From the human T2T-CHM13v2.0 reference genome, Homo sapiens: DNA of 64,000 nucleotides. The DNA is taken from assembly GCF_009914755.1 (NCBI RefSeq), contig NC_060947.1; one strand, 5' to 3'. Position numbers and translations under genes: made by a program. The notes beneath the pieces are model-generated. The model had not been told where the DNA came from, searched no databases, and saw only the letters and a program-made list of their open reading frames with translations. Below are positions 27,127 through 51,102 of the stretch, in pieces; the stretch's first letter is position 1; each line of letters starts with the position of its first letter.

Positions 27127-30100
27127 GTGATCCAGGGGGTCAGGTCCAGGAAGGGTGGGACCCGGGAGGGGACCTCGCCCGAGGCATAGCTCTAGCGGTT
27201 GTCGTCGTCCAGCGTCCAGCGCGTGGCGGTTTCGCCTCTTGCTGAGCCGAGGACCCTCGGCTCCTCCTCACCCCTTTTCACCTCTCTCAGCGGGGCCCCG
27301 TCCCCACTTCACTCAGTTTTTTAGGGCGGTTGAGAATGGGGTTGCATTCTTACCCTTAGCCCCTGCCTGACAGGTCCTGCCAGGAAAAGCATGTTGGATT
27401 CCCATCCATGACCCCTACCCCGAGCAGCGGCACCTGTGGGCAGAGGGAGGCAGGAGGCATCTGTGGGTCCTAGTCTCTGGGATGGATCCCAAAGCACTTT
27501 ACACATCCTGATGTCTCTTCTACTGCTTGGGTGCCGATAGGCTGCAAAACCCCACTTTGGCTAAGCCTCAAGGCGTTAGAGGGAAGGAAATGATGGAAAT
27601 CCATGGAGAATGAAAAAGCTGCTTTATTTTAAATTGCAGTTTATAGTTAAAAAATTAGGGCTGAGTTGAGATGGCGGTGGAGTGGGGTGGTTCTGGCAGA
27701 AAGCCATGAGCCCTTTTAAAGAAATTGAGGCAGGGTCCAGCCCTTCGTAATAGACAAAACTTGTTTTTTTGTAACAGCCCCCCTGGAATGATATCTTCTT
27801 TACTTGTCTGGGGCATCTAATACATGAACTGCTCCTTATTCATTCTGTTGGTATTGTCTTCAGGTCTTTGTAAAAATGCAGTGACTTAACCGAGGGCCAG
27901 GGGAATGTTCAATCCTCCCCCTCCATGAGTTTATGTAATAGGCTAAGTGCAAATATTCTTGTCTGACCATTTGTGCTCACCTTTAATTCAGAAAAGGTAG
28001 AAACCTGATATGACAGGAATATGTCAATGTGCAGGGGATGGCGGGAGGGAGGACATAACAAGGGCAACTTCTTGTGTCATGGGGAGCAGAGGGGGGCCTC
28101 TATAAAGGCACTGGGATCACTGAAGACAACTCCTCTAGGCTCACAGCTGGCCTTTCCTTGAGCGTATGGTTGGACCTTAGACAGAGTCAGGGGTGACAGT
28201 AAGCCTCCTTCTTGCTGGTCAAACTGCCAAAGTGACCACAAGGCCCCTCCTCTGAGTGACGTGGAGAGAAGGGCTGAGTAACTGATGAAACTGATGAAAC
28301 ACTTGAAACTGTGCGAGACTCCTGACTCCTTGATTATTAAAATGAACGTGTTCTAAAAATGGCTTCAGAAACTAGGCCAACTCACTAGATGTCAGGAAGA
28401 TGGACAGCTCAGTACTGATAAGGGAGAGCCCCAGGGTAGGAAGATAGAACATTATTTTGAAATCGTGATCTTTTTTGCCCCTTGCATTTTGGAAGGGAAG
28501 TGCTACATTTCCTTTTAAAGTCAAAGGCGGTATCTGTCTCTGTCCTTTCCTGGGGCTGTTGACATTTGCTTGGTTAAGACTTCCTCTAGTGTGTCTAGCT
28601 TCTTTAATGTAAGGCTATAAGATTCTAGAATTTCTAAAACATGACTTTGTAATCCAAAGTAGAAATATCTTTACAGATGGGCTCTTAAACCTCAAAAACC
28701 TAATGCTCCCATTTGCTTAAAATCAAGTGCTACAGTGAGCCAAAGAGTTCCCTGGATTTAAAAGGTGGGAAATAAGTCCATCTGAAATTTAGATGGAAAA
28801 AATGAAGTGTTTGGGAATCTAAAGAAGGAGGGAGGAAGAAGCTAGAAAGTGAGGGATGACAGATGAACACGAGTGGAAGAGTCACCACCCAGTGGCCTTG
28901 AAGGAATTTTTAAACTATTCCTTCTCTTCTAACACCCCAGTACTTAGCCAAACTGGACTTTACAGTCTCTGGCAAAGATTCCAGACTTTTTCCCAGAGGG
29001 CAGAGCCTGTGACAGTGTGACTCACTAGAAACAGAGCTCAGCACAACACCACGTGCAGATAAGTGCTTAATACAGGCTTTTTTGGGGAAGATGATATTTT
29101 CAAGGGGACAAAGCCTTGTGACACTGCTCATGGAGGAGTCCTCTGAGGGCAGATTCCAAAGGAGCTCAGAGTGGCGTGTGGGAGTGGGGAGATGGTGACC
29201 CTGCTTCTTGTAAAGCTGCTGCAATCTCAGGACCATGCTGGCAGGCGAGAGACCAGCATGTCTGTGGGAAGATGGCAGAGCCTGGCGGCTAGCACGTGAT
29301 CTAGATAAGAGAAGATTTGGCCTCGCACTCTGGCTAGCCTGAAGTTGTTCAAGGAATACATGCCAAAGCCATGCTTGGAGATGACTGCCAAGGGCTTCGT
29401 CCTTTGCGAGAGAGAGAAAAGTCCAGTGTGACAGTCCGAGGTCTGGCCTAGACCATGGCCAGCAATAGAAGGCTTTTGGGCTGTAACATACCAGCCCTTG
29501 GAGGAGAGTGGTAGAGAGGTCTCAGCCAGCTCTTCTCAGTCTAAGAGCAAGGGTGTGGCCTCTTCTGGGCTGCCTGCCTGTGTCCCGGGGTAGCACATAC
29601 ATGAACCCCTGCTAGGGACAACTGATTTGGTGTAGTTAGAGCCACACTGTAATTAATTATCAAGGCCATCCCTAGGGTATTGAAGCCCCATTTGCTGTCT
29701 CCAATCATTATGTTCCCCACCCTCACCCCATCAAAGCATTTACAATTGAGTCCTGATGAACTCAATTGTATGAACATCAAGAAAAGCCTCCAATGAGTAG
29801 GCAATAATAATAATAATAATAACAACTATGTATTGAATAAGCAAAGAGCCCAGGCTAGGCACTTTACATGCATTATCTTATTTACTCCTCACAGCAGCTT
29901 TATGAAATCAGCAGTATTGTTATCATTCCCATTTTATAGATAAGGAGACTGAGGCTAAGAGAGATGAAATAACCCAGTGGCACATGGATCTGAGCTTCAG
30001 CCTTTGACTCTTGAGCCCAAGCACTTCGCCACCTCACTATCCTACCTTTCCTGTTACAGGGCCACGATTTCAACCCAGATTCAGAGACCATGCCCTTTAC

Positions 30101-30215
30101 CACTGCATTTCACTCTACAGGACAATATTCAGTCCCCTAGATTGGGGGAGTTTGACAGGGGGAGATAGAATGCCAGGCAGCCAGTCTTGCTCTTTCTTCT
30201 AGGCCAGGGACTTAG

Positions 30216-39009
<8,794 letters not shown>

Positions 39010-39089
39010 TAGTGCTACAGAACCATGTTTTCTCCTCTCTGTTCATGTTCCCTTTTCTGACTCCACCTTTGGGTTTTTGTATCTTCCAG

Positions 39090-39545
39090 GTTCAGGTGTG
39101 GGACACAGCAGGTCAGGAACGTTTCCGCAAAAGCATGGTCGAGCATTACTACCGCAACGTACATGCCGTGGTCTTCGTCTATGACGTCACCAAGATGACA
39201 TCTTTCACCAACCTCAAAATGTGGATCCAAGAATGCAATGGGCATGCTGTGCCCCCACTAGTCCCCAAAGTGCTTGTGGGCAACAAGTGTGACTTGAGGG
39301 AACAGATCCAGGTGCCCTCCAACTTAGCCCTGAAATTTGCTGATGCCCACAACATGCTCTTGTTTGAGACATCGGCCAAGGACCCCAAAGAGAGCCAGAA
39401 CGTGGAGTCGATTTTCATGTGCTTGGCTTGCCGATTGAAGGCCCAGAAATCCCTGCTGTATCGTGATGCTGAGAGGCAGCAGGGGAAGGTGCAGAAACTG
39501 GAGTTCCCACAGGAAGCTAACAGTAAAACTTCCTGTCCTTGTTGA
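39090..39545 (+). CDS. RAB33A: RAB33A coding exon 2
   Basis: ttccag|GTT; [14 protein letters not shown] and ETSAK motifs; C-terminal CPC (CXC prenylation) then TGA; spliced total 237 aa. Confidence 0.97.
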   Translation, partial: VQVWDTAGQERFRKSMVEHYYRNVHAVVFVYDVTKMTSFTNLKMWIQECNGHAVPPLVPKVLVGNKCDLREQIQVPSNLALKFADAHNMLLFETSAKDPKESQNVESIFMCLACRLKAQKSLLYRDAERQQGKVQKLEFPQEANSKTSCPC

Positions 39546-39655
39546 AACCAAACGATATAAATACAAGATAAATTATCACTGGAGTTTTTTCTTTCCCTTT
39601 TTTCTGTGCCTGCATAATGCTGACACCTGCTTGTTTCCATACAAATTGATATCAA

Positions 39656-39661
39656 AATAAA
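39656..39661 (+). terminator. RAB33A: RAB33A polyadenylation signal AATAAA
   Basis: AATAAA about 110 nt after the stop, followed by T/GT-rich sequence (ctttttgtcttgcttt). Confidence 0.75.
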
Positions 39662-40828
39662 ATTTGTATAGATTATCACATGGCTTTTTGTCTTGCTTTC
39701 CTCCAAGACATTCCTGATTGTGATGAGCAGAACAGGCAGTTTGCCCTACTAGAGTGATATTCTCCATGCCAGTGGCACACTCCCTACCAGCTTTCTAGGC
39801 TCTCTGAAATTCTCATCGTTTGAGTCACTTCTTCAGGACTAATTCATTCTCTCACTCAGTGTAATCAGTGGGCAGAAACACCCGGTGGGGTTGGGACACA
39901 GGCCAGATATGTTTTTCTAGAGAGCAAGTGCAGGTGGAGTGATAGAGAAGTCTTGAAAGGAGATGTGGACTCATCAGTATTTCCTAGGTTCCCTAGATAT
40001 GTGCCTTGAATGTCCAGATAGACTACTCTCTCCCTATTTTCCAGTTTAAAAGTAAAAAGTATGGCCGGACGCAGTGGCTCACGCCTGTAATACCAAGACT
40101 TTGGGAAGCTGAGGCAGGCAGGTCACTTGAGGTCAGGAGTTAGAGACCAGCCTGGCCAACATGGCGAAAACCTGTCTCTACTAATAATACAAAAATTAGC
40201 CAGGCATGGTGGCACATGCCTGTAATCCCAGCTACTCGAGGGCTGAGGCAGGAGAATCACTTGAACCTGGGAGGCGGAGGTTGCAGTGAGCCAAGATTGT
40301 GCCACTGTGCTCCAGCCTGGGTGACAGAGTGAAACTGTGTCAAAAAAAAAAAAAAAAAAGGAGAGTTGGTCCAGTGGGCCCAATTACTTCCAGAATAGTT
40401 AGATTCTGCTTCCCATTTTTCACCAATCAGTCTTGAACCCTAAGGCTGTTCCGACTGTGACCCCCACCCCCATTCTTTCTTGGATGGGCAGGGCTCAAGC
40501 AACAAATATCTATCATGTCCCCAGACCTTTGCTAGGTGCTAGGGAAGAAATGTTACAAGAGGACACATTCTCTATGTTCAGAGACCCTATGATCTATTTG
40601 CAGGAACGATGTACACACTGAAAGTACGTGCAAACAAAAACTAGACAACAACATCACCAAGTGTGAGGTTGTGCCATGGGAAGTGAGAGCATTATGTATT
40701 CAATATCAGGGAGGGCTCATAGGAAAATACTTAGATTTGTTTTGTTTGTTAAATAATGTGTAAGGTTTAGATTGGTAAAGGAGAGGGAAGCGGGCAAAAT
40801 CAGGGCAAAATCAGGGGGGCAGGAATGA

Positions 40829-41119
<291 letters not shown>

Positions 41120-41643
41120 TAGTAGAGACAGGGTTTCACCACGTTGGCCAGGCTGGTCTCAACTCCTGGCCTCAGGTGATTTGCCTGCCTCTGCCTTCCA
41201 AAGTGCTGAGATTACAGGCGTGAGCCACCGCACCGAGCTCGGACTTACTTTCTGAGCCAATGAGAGCTCTTGGTAGTTTTCCAGCAGGAGAGTCCTATAG
41301 TTATTTCTCATACATCTGGTCTTATTATTGATACGAAAGCTCCTTGTCCAATTGTGAAAGTAACTAAAAGTGGCTAGTAAAGGCTTGTCTACAATAGCTC
41401 CAGGTGGATTTCTTTGCATGAAAGATGGTGTGCTCCTTTAGGGGTCTCTCTTGTTGGAATCCCGCTGTGAGGGGGTCTCGGGAAGACAGCTCTTGAACAC
41501 TTTCCTCTGTTAGGCATATGGAGCTCTGCTCCTAGACAGCGAAGGGTAACACACACCAGATGTTCTTCCCACCCAAATAAAGAGCTTGTCTAGTCCTGCC
41601 TGGCTCATCCTTGCAGCCCTCTCCACCCCATCCCATCCCCCTC

Positions 41644-41697
41644 TGGCCTCAGACTCAGTTCAGCCCCCAGTGGCCTCAGACTCAGTCCAGCCCCCAG
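41644..41697. repeat. 27-bp tandem duplication
   Basis: tggcctcagactcagtYcagcccccag twice, one mismatch. Confidence 0.92.
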
Positions 41698-43393
41698 TCT
41701 GGTTCTCGTCACTTGACTTTTGCCTGGATCTCAGTCTTTGGAATCTGCCTAGCACTCCAGTTAGAGCTGCTTTTCTTACTAGTTGTCCCCATCCAACTCC
41801 CAGCCCCAGAATCTCCCCCAAAGGGCTGGGCTCCCACTGTCTGTGGATGAGCTGTGTGCTGGAAGCCTGGTTGCTATACCTCTCCCAGATGGAACATCCC
41901 ACGACCTTGTCTCACACTCCAGACACTGACTCCTTGCTCAGGACACAACCTGTTGTTGTGTCGCCTTTTGGTTGCCGTCACCTGGCTTGCAGACCTAGGC
42001 TACTGCTCAGTTACTACAAGTGCATTTGTCTGTCCTAATGGGTGCATTTCAGTTTGGGTCCAGGCCCCTCTTGGTCAGGCCTCTTTCTTCAGTTACAGGG
42101 GCCAAGGATGACAACATTCCTAGTGTTATGAGCCCTCTAACCAGGATTGCCTCTGACAACTTCTAGGCTTCTAGGCTTTCTTTCCTCCCCTCCCCTCCCC
42201 TCCCCTCTCCTCCTCTTTCTTTCTTTCATTCTTTTTTCCTTCCTTCCTTCCTTCCTTCCTTCCTTCCTTCCTTCCTTCCTTCCTTCCTTTCTTTCTTTCT
42301 TATTTTTTTTTGACAGAGTTTCACTCTCGTCGCCCAGGCTGGAGTGCAATGGCACAATCTTGGCTCACTGCAACCTCCACTCCCGGATTCAAGCAATTCT
42401 CCTGCCTGAGCCTCCCGAGTAGCTGGGATTACAGGTGCCCACCACCATGCCCAGCTAATTTTTGTATTTTTCTAGAGACGGGGTTTCACCATGTTGGCCA
42501 GGCTGGTCTCAAACTCCTGACCTCAGGTGATCTGCCCACCTCGGCCTCCCAAAGTACTGGGATTACAGTCATGAGTCACTGCGCCTGGCCACCTCCTAGG
42601 CTTTTAACAAACATTCACTGAGAGCCCACTATGTGCCACTGTTCTGAATCCTGGGGTTACATACATGAACAAAGTCCTGCTCTCCTAAAGGAGACAGACA
42701 CTAAACAAGAAATGAGGACCCTACATAAGCTCATTTGAGAGAGTGATAAGGACTCTGGGAGCCACAAAACAGGGTAAATGAATTGAAGGTGACAGACGTG
42801 GGGGAGGGTAACATATTGCTGGAGTGGCACAAAAGACATCTTTGAAGAGATGCCACTTGAGCTGAGAACTGAATGAAGAAAAGCAACCAGGGACAGGTGC
42901 AATGACTCATGCCTGTAATCTCAGAGCTTTGGGGGGCCAAGATGGGAGGATTGCTTGAGCCCAGGAGTTCAAGACCAGGCTGGGCAATATGGTGAGACCC
43001 TGTCTCTAGAAAAAAAAAATTAAAATTAGCCCAGTGCAATGTTGCGTACCTGTAGTTCCAGCTACTCGGAAGGTTGAGGTGGGAGGAACCCTTGAGCTGG
43101 GAATGTGAAGGCTCCAGTGAGCCAAGATCGCACTAGTGCCCTCCAGCCTGGGTGAGAGAGTGAGATTCTGTCTCAGAAAAAAAAAAAAAAGAAATAAAGA
43201 AAAGAAAAAGGGAGAAGAGAACCCCAAGCAGCAGAAACAGCAAATGTCAAGATCCAGAGGCAGGTGGTGTGACATTGGCGTGTTTGAGGGACAGAAAGGG
43301 GGCTACTATGGAGATGGCTGGAATAGAGCAAGCAAAGGAGAGAGTGGCAAGAAATAGGTAAGGCCAGGTCTATGGGGGCGCTATGGGCCATGA

Positions 43394-43558
<165 letters not shown>

Positions 43559-44411
43559 TGAGCAGCTGGGATTACAAGTGTACCACCACACCCAGCTAAT
43601 TTTTGTATTTTTGGTAGAGACGAGGTTTCACCATGTTGGCCAGGCTCAAACTCCTGACCTCAAGTGAGGCCTTGGCCTCCCAAAGTGCTGGGATTACAGG
43701 CGTGAGCCACCATGCCCAGCCTCCTATTTTATGTTTTTGAGACAGGATCTCACTCTGTCGCCCAGGCTGGAGTGCAGTGGCACGATCTTGGCTCACTGCA
43801 GCCTCGACCTCTCAACCCAGGCAACTCCCCCCTTCCACCTCCCGAGTAGCTGGGCCTACAGGCATGTACCACCATGCCCAGATAATTTATTTTTAGTTTT
43901 TGTGGAGATGGTGTTTCTCTATGTTGTTCAGTTCGGTCTCAAATAGCTAGTGAGATCTCTTTTGCAGCCCCAGAACTGAATGATGGCAACAGCACGGTTG
44001 TATGATGGTGCTCAGGCCTCCCTCAGATTGAGGGATAGAATATGGGAATAGGCTTGACCCACAGCATACCCAGTAGAAGGGGACCCAGGAGGCCAGAGAA
44101 CCATGAGACTCTTGTTTCTGTGAGGTTGGTGAGGAGTGGAGGGATTCAAAGGAAGGACAGTGCCTCCAGCATCATTTGGCATTACTGTGTCTCTGGAACT
44201 ATTCATGTTGGTCCCTGCCTTTCTTCTATGGCTCCCCTTCACTATCTAGATCTGTACCTTTGGGACTTTGCCTGTGCTACAGACAAAGAACCTGGAGAAA
44301 TAATTACTAACATTTGAATGCTTATAATGCACCGGGCACCGCGCTGAAACACTTTACATTCATTCACTAGCTCATTTAATGCTCCTTCAACCTTATGGAG
44401 TGGGATAATGA

Positions 44412-44726
<315 letters not shown>

Positions 44727-46421
44727 TGAGCCACCACGCCCAGCCTCCATTTTAATTTTTTATTATTTACTTTTAGTGACAGGGTCTTGCTGTGTTGCCC
44801 AAGCTATAGTGCAGTGGTGTGATGACGGCCCACTGCAACCTCAAACTCCTAGGCTCAAGCGATCCTCTTGTCTCAGCCTCCTGAGTCGCTAGGACCACAA
44901 GTGTGTGCCACCACACTTGGCTAATTAAGAAAAAGTTTTGGCTGGGTGTGGTAGCTCACGTCTGTAATCCCAGCACTTTGGGAGGCCGAGGCGGACAGAT
45001 CACCTGAGGTCTGGAGTTTGAGACCAGCCTGGCCAACACGGGAAAACCTCATCTCTATTAAAAATACAAAAATTAGCTGGGTGCGGTGGCACGCGCCTGT
45101 AGTCCCAGCTACCCGGAAAGCTGAGGCAGGAGAATAGCTTGAACCCAGGAGGCGGAGGTTGCAGTGAGCTGAGATGGCATCACTGTACTCCAGCCTGGGT
45201 GACAGAGCAAGACTCTGTCTCAAATAAAAAAAAAAAAAAAGAGAAAATGGTTTTTGTATAGAGATGGGGTCTTGCTGTGTTGCCCAAACTGGTCTTGTAC
45301 CCCTGGGCTCAAGTGATCCTCCTGCCTTGGCCTCCCAAAGTGTTGGGATTACAAGAGTGAGCCACCATGCCTGGCTGATTTCCATTGTATGAACAAGAAC
45401 ATGGATGCACTGAGACTTAGTGACTTGTCCAATGTAGTAAGCGATGAACGGGGATCTGTCTCACGTCAAGTCTAGGCTCTTTCTATGATATTACACTGTC
45501 TTTCTAGCCAGTTCCCAGCTCTGGGACTCTTGTAGGGATGCCAGGTTTACCCCAGCCAGTTTCCCTGACCCATGGGGGCCTGGCCAGCAGGACATTCACT
45601 ACCCAGGAGGCCCGTCTAGGACATTCCTCCCTGAATCAGATGCCGCAGACTGGATACCTCCAGGAAGCCCAGTGGGTTGACACTTATGTCAACTCTGGGC
45701 CAAAGGAGTCTCCGGGATGTCCTTGCCTTGGGCAGAAGCTGGGGACCACACAGCCAGCTGACTCTGCTGCCCTGCCTTTGGGGCTACAGCATCTTGCCAC
45801 TGGGCCCCCCAAACTATCCTTTCCCTCAATACCTGCTCATTTGCTCAGGCCCCCGGATCCAGCCTGGGGACTGTCTTGCCAGGGTCCTTCCATCAGAGAG
45901 CCCAGGACCAGATGCTGCTCTGAGCACCACCACCTAGAGTAGTGCCAGGGAAGGATGCCCAGCCCAGAATAGCTGGAGCAGCCCCCACCCCTTGAGGGAA
46001 GCTGACTCAGCCCACCCTCAGTGCGTGCTGGGGGCAGAGGAGGGCACACAGATGTGCTGAGAGATCCCTGGAAAGCAAGGCTCAGCTTCTTCTGCAACTG
46101 TCACCAGCAGATGCAGAGAGAGGTCAGTATTTATCCTCTTGTAACACCTGAGGGGACATAATTCTTCCTTACCTTAAAGAGGCCCCTCCTTTATACAGCA
46201 TCCCTCATTGCCTCACTGGAAGGGGCCTTGCTCCCTAAGGGCCTCCCTAGTCTCCTGAACCACTTCCAAGTCCCTTGAAAATCCCAGCATGATTCAAGTG
46301 GCACAGCCACATGAGTTAAAACCTTGTTCTGGGCCGGGTGCAGAGGCCGAGGTGGGTGGATCACCTGAGGTCAGGAGTTCGAGACAAGCCTGGCCAACAT
46401 GGCGAAATCCTGTCTCTGCTA

Positions 46422-46652
<231 letters not shown>

Positions 46653-47249
46653 CTAAGAGGCTGTGCTGGGGCAGGAGGACTGAGACAGGTTCCCAGAGAT
46701 TCCCCTAGATTAGTGGTTCCCAAATGCCAGTTCACAGCTAACAGCATGAAACCAGTGAGGGACTTGTTAAAGTACAGACTCCTGGGGCCACAGCCCCCAA
46801 CACTCTGGTCAGGCAGATCTTGGGGGCAGGCCCAGGAATTAATTTGTATTGTTAGAATGTCCACAGCTGATTCTGATGTGCCTCTAGGTCTGGGGTGGGG
46901 GTGGGGTGGGGACGGGGTCATTACCCCTAGGCTTCCTAGTGAGCCCTAAAATCAGAAATGACTTTTCCTGAGCCAGAGCTTCAAAACCAGCTGTATGAAC
47001 CCCAGGGCGATCTGGGTAACCAGGGAACTCAGCCTGATAAAGTGGATCTTTTCAGGCCCTAAACTTAGGGTAAGTGAAACGGTTCCAGTTATACCCAACG
47101 TCCTTGGGTTGTTTCCTTGAAACTAGGAAGCAAGAGCCTCTTATCTATAAGAGACAACCAAAGATTAATCCCGAGTATAACCTGAGTATCAACCACTCTG
47201 GACACAAGGCTCAAGATGAGAGTGAGAAAAAATAGATTACATGTCTGCC

Positions 47250-47266
47250 GCGCGCCTCCTGCTGGT
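47250..47266 (-). promoter_or_regulatory. Candidate CTCF site
   Basis: Minus strand ACCAGCAGGAGGCGCGC closely matches the CTCF core CCASYAGRKGGCRS; CpGs are locally retained. Confidence 0.5.
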
Positions 47267-47588
47267 AAGACTAATTAGTGAAGGCAGGAGGCAGGAAAGT
47301 TTATCAGTTTTTTTCTGACCAGTACTGACCATTTCCCGGGATGGACGCTCAAACAGAAGGCGCTAATCCTGGTCCCAATCTGTGCATTTAGACACCTGGA
47401 ACTAGAGGGGTTACTCATAAAAGGGAATGGGCTGGGAGTGCCCTGCAGCTACCTCTGCCAAATCACTAGGGCTTAACTCTCCTAAGGGGAGTCTGTGAAA
47501 CCTACTAGACTGGTAGAAGGGAGGGACAGAGAGGAGACATTGAGAAACACCTCACCTGCCCAGGGAGACAGATTTTGAAGCTGGGTAG

Positions 47589-47885
<297 letters not shown>

Positions 47886-48503
47886 TGAGCCACCGCGCCT
47901 GGCCAGTGGTCTCTCTTAAAGACTACCAGGATTGGCCGGGCGCGGTGGCTCACGCCTGTAATCCCAGCACTTTGGGAGGCCAAGGTGGGTGGATCGCAAG
48001 GTCAGGAGATGGAGACCAGCCTGGCCAACACGGTGAAACCCCTGTCTCTACTAAAAATACAAAAATTAGCTGGGTGTGGTGGCGTGCACCCATAATCCTA
48101 GCTACTCAGGAGGCTGAGGTGGGAGAATTGCTTGAACCCGGGAGGCAGGGGTTGCAGTGAGCTGAGATCTCGCCACTGAGATCACGCCACTGCACTCCAG
48201 CCTGGGCGACAGAGCAAGACTCCGTCTCAGAAAAACAAACAAACCCACCAGAGGGCATAGAGAGAGGCCCCTAAGCCATGATGTAGTTGAACTAGAATGA
48301 GAAATGGACCTCATAACCTGATTTGAATCTATAGGTGGTACTTAATCCCTTCCCCATCGATAAAGTAGGTACTGTGACCCTCTGAATTTAATCTTAAAGT
48401 ACTGGAGAAAGTTTCAGGTACAAGCATAAATAAAAAACCTGGGCCAGGCACGGTGGCTCACACCTGTAATCCAGCACTTTGGGAGGCTGAGGCGGGTGGG
48501 TCA

Positions 48504-48782
<279 letters not shown>

Positions 48783-49273
48783 TCACCAATTCCAGGTAGA
48801 AACCCTGGCACCTCAGATAAAGGAGAGGTACCCCAGGCATTGTTGTTCTCCCTGTCTATTTAGGGAGATCACCAAATGAGAAGGATGATATCAGACCACA
48901 TCTAGTTTTCAGTCTCGATGCTTCCAACCGAAATAATGACAATTATTAATAGCAGCTAACATTTATCGAGTGCTGTGTACTACTAAGTACAATGTTATAT
49001 GCTTAATGTGGACCGTCATGCTTAATCCTCACATCACAATTACCCTCTGAGGTACAGAATGATCAAAGCTTCCTGCCGAAGGCCACATGACTGCAAGTGT
49101 TGGAGCAGACTAGAACTGAATGGTCTGAACCACAATGTTAATTTCCCTTATCTTTCTCTATTTCTCTCAACCCTGAGAGGAGGATGTGCTCCTGGGCCTG
49201 AAGTTAATGGTCCCATCTCTGCTTCATTTAGGATTAACTAGTAGATTAGATGGGAGTTGATGTTAGATGCCAG

Positions 49274-50129
49274 ATATTATTTTATTGAAATTCAAGAAAA
49301 TCCTGTAAAAATGATTTTCAATTCCATTTTGCAGAGGTGGAAACTGAGGTAATTTGTCATTCAGAAAATAAATGGTTATCAGGAAGTACTGACCTGTTCA
49401 CATTATAGAGCACCATTTTCCTTGCCCTGGTTTTAATCAAATCAGAGCATTTTCTTTAATGGAAGGTCTGTACTATTCAAAGCTGACTTTTGATCTGTCG
49501 ACAAGTAAACAATCCTTATCCGGAGATCGACAACTTCATTCCCTTCATTCTTAGCTGAATTCATTCTTAGGTCAGGCTTGGGCCCAGAACGTGGGGGTAA
49601 GGGTTGAGCAGGCTCCTGAGGAACAAATCATCCTCCCAGGAGGGGAGGGCAAGGCAGGGGGATGGAAAGTCTAGGAACGGATGGGCCAGCTTGAACAACT
49701 GAAACTTTTAAAAAAGAGGTATTTTAGAGGAGCTTCCTGCACCATTTGAAGGATGGGAAGAAATGACCTCCAAGGTCCTTTTCAGTTCTCCATTCCTCTG
49801 AACAACAAAAATAGTGATTGTGCACTGGTTTCTATGGCCATATGCATGTTAAGACAGCTATGAAGAGAACGAAGTTTTAGGTCTCTAGATAAGGATTGTT
49901 TACTTGTCAACAGATCAGAAGTCAGCTTCGAATAGTATAGACCTTTCAGTAAAGAAAGAAGGGAAGAGGGATTAAAACCAGAGCAGGAAAAATGGTGCTC
50001 TATAGTATGAACAAGCCAGTACTTCCTGATAACCATTTATTTTCAGAATGATGTTACCTCAGTTTCTGCATTTGCATAATGGAATCGAAAATCACCTTTA
50101 TGGTATTTCCTTGAATTTAGATAAAATAT
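49274..50129. repeat. Non-Alu inverted repeat: arms about 49274-49557 and 49855-50129, spacer about 300 bp
   Basis: Exact reverse-complement blocks 49364-49391/50017-50044 (28 nt) and 49500-49520/49888-49908 (21 nt), collinear similarity across the arms. Confidence 0.92.
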
Positions 50130-50952
50130 AAAATGTATTTTATGCATAAACATTTGTGTATTATTCCTTATCCAATTCCCCTGACATAAAGGACACTTGT
50201 AAAGAATGAAAATGGAAGATCATTCATGTAGCGCCCAATCATTCAGTTTTAAAAATGAAGCTGTGCTGAATATGTCCTTCTTTTAAATTATTCAAAACTG
50301 AGGTAACTTGACCGCAAAGCCACTTGGAAGTTACCAAGAGAACTAAATCAACTGTTTGAAATTACTTCAAATTGTGGCCTTTAAGGATTTGACTCAATCA
50401 ATAAGACAACTTGTTAAGTAGCTGAGTTTTCCAAGCTTGGGGTATCTACTAATTTATCAAGGATTCTTATGTTCTGAGGCACTGAAGATTTGCTAGATAG
50501 AAATACCCTCTTCTGTTATTTTATCAAGAAAAACACTTACACAACTTAACACTTTCCTTCGATTCTATGTTATGATAATCTAGTTAGGAGAACATACTGG
50601 AGAAGATAGACGAGGGGGAAAAATGGAGATAAGGGGAAAACAGAAAAGGACGATTTCAAGATTGAGTGAAAATATCCCTACTCTCTGAGAAAGTAAGGTA
50701 TTTCTCAATCATTTTAAAAGTCCTACAAAAGGAAAGAACACTTTACTACTGCTATTTAAAATTACATGTTTTTGGCCAGGAACGGTGGCTCACGCCTGTA
50801 ATCCTAGCACTTTGGGAAGCTGAGGCGGGTGGATCACCTGAGGTCAGGAGTTCGAGACCAGCCTGACCAACATGGGGAAACCCCGTCTCCACTAAAAATA
50901 CAAAAAAAATTAGCTGGGCGTGATGGCGGGTGCCTGTAATCCCAGCTACTCA

Positions 50953-51102
<150 letters not shown>

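Larger units (their letters stand above)
25770..27310 (+). promoter_or_regulatory. RAB33A: RAB33A CpG island / promoter
   Basis: Dense CpG around exon 1; paired CCAAT boxes (ATTGG 25796-25800, CCAAT 25828-25832); G-tract cluster 26109-26157. Confidence 0.8.

Noticed and set aside
27127-27189. ORF continuation past RAB33A exon 1
   Set aside because: Read-through into the intron beyond the AAG|gt donor; the GTPase fold continues in exon 2.
39179-39706. 175-aa minus-strand ORF
   Set aside because: Antisense shadow of RAB33A exon 2.
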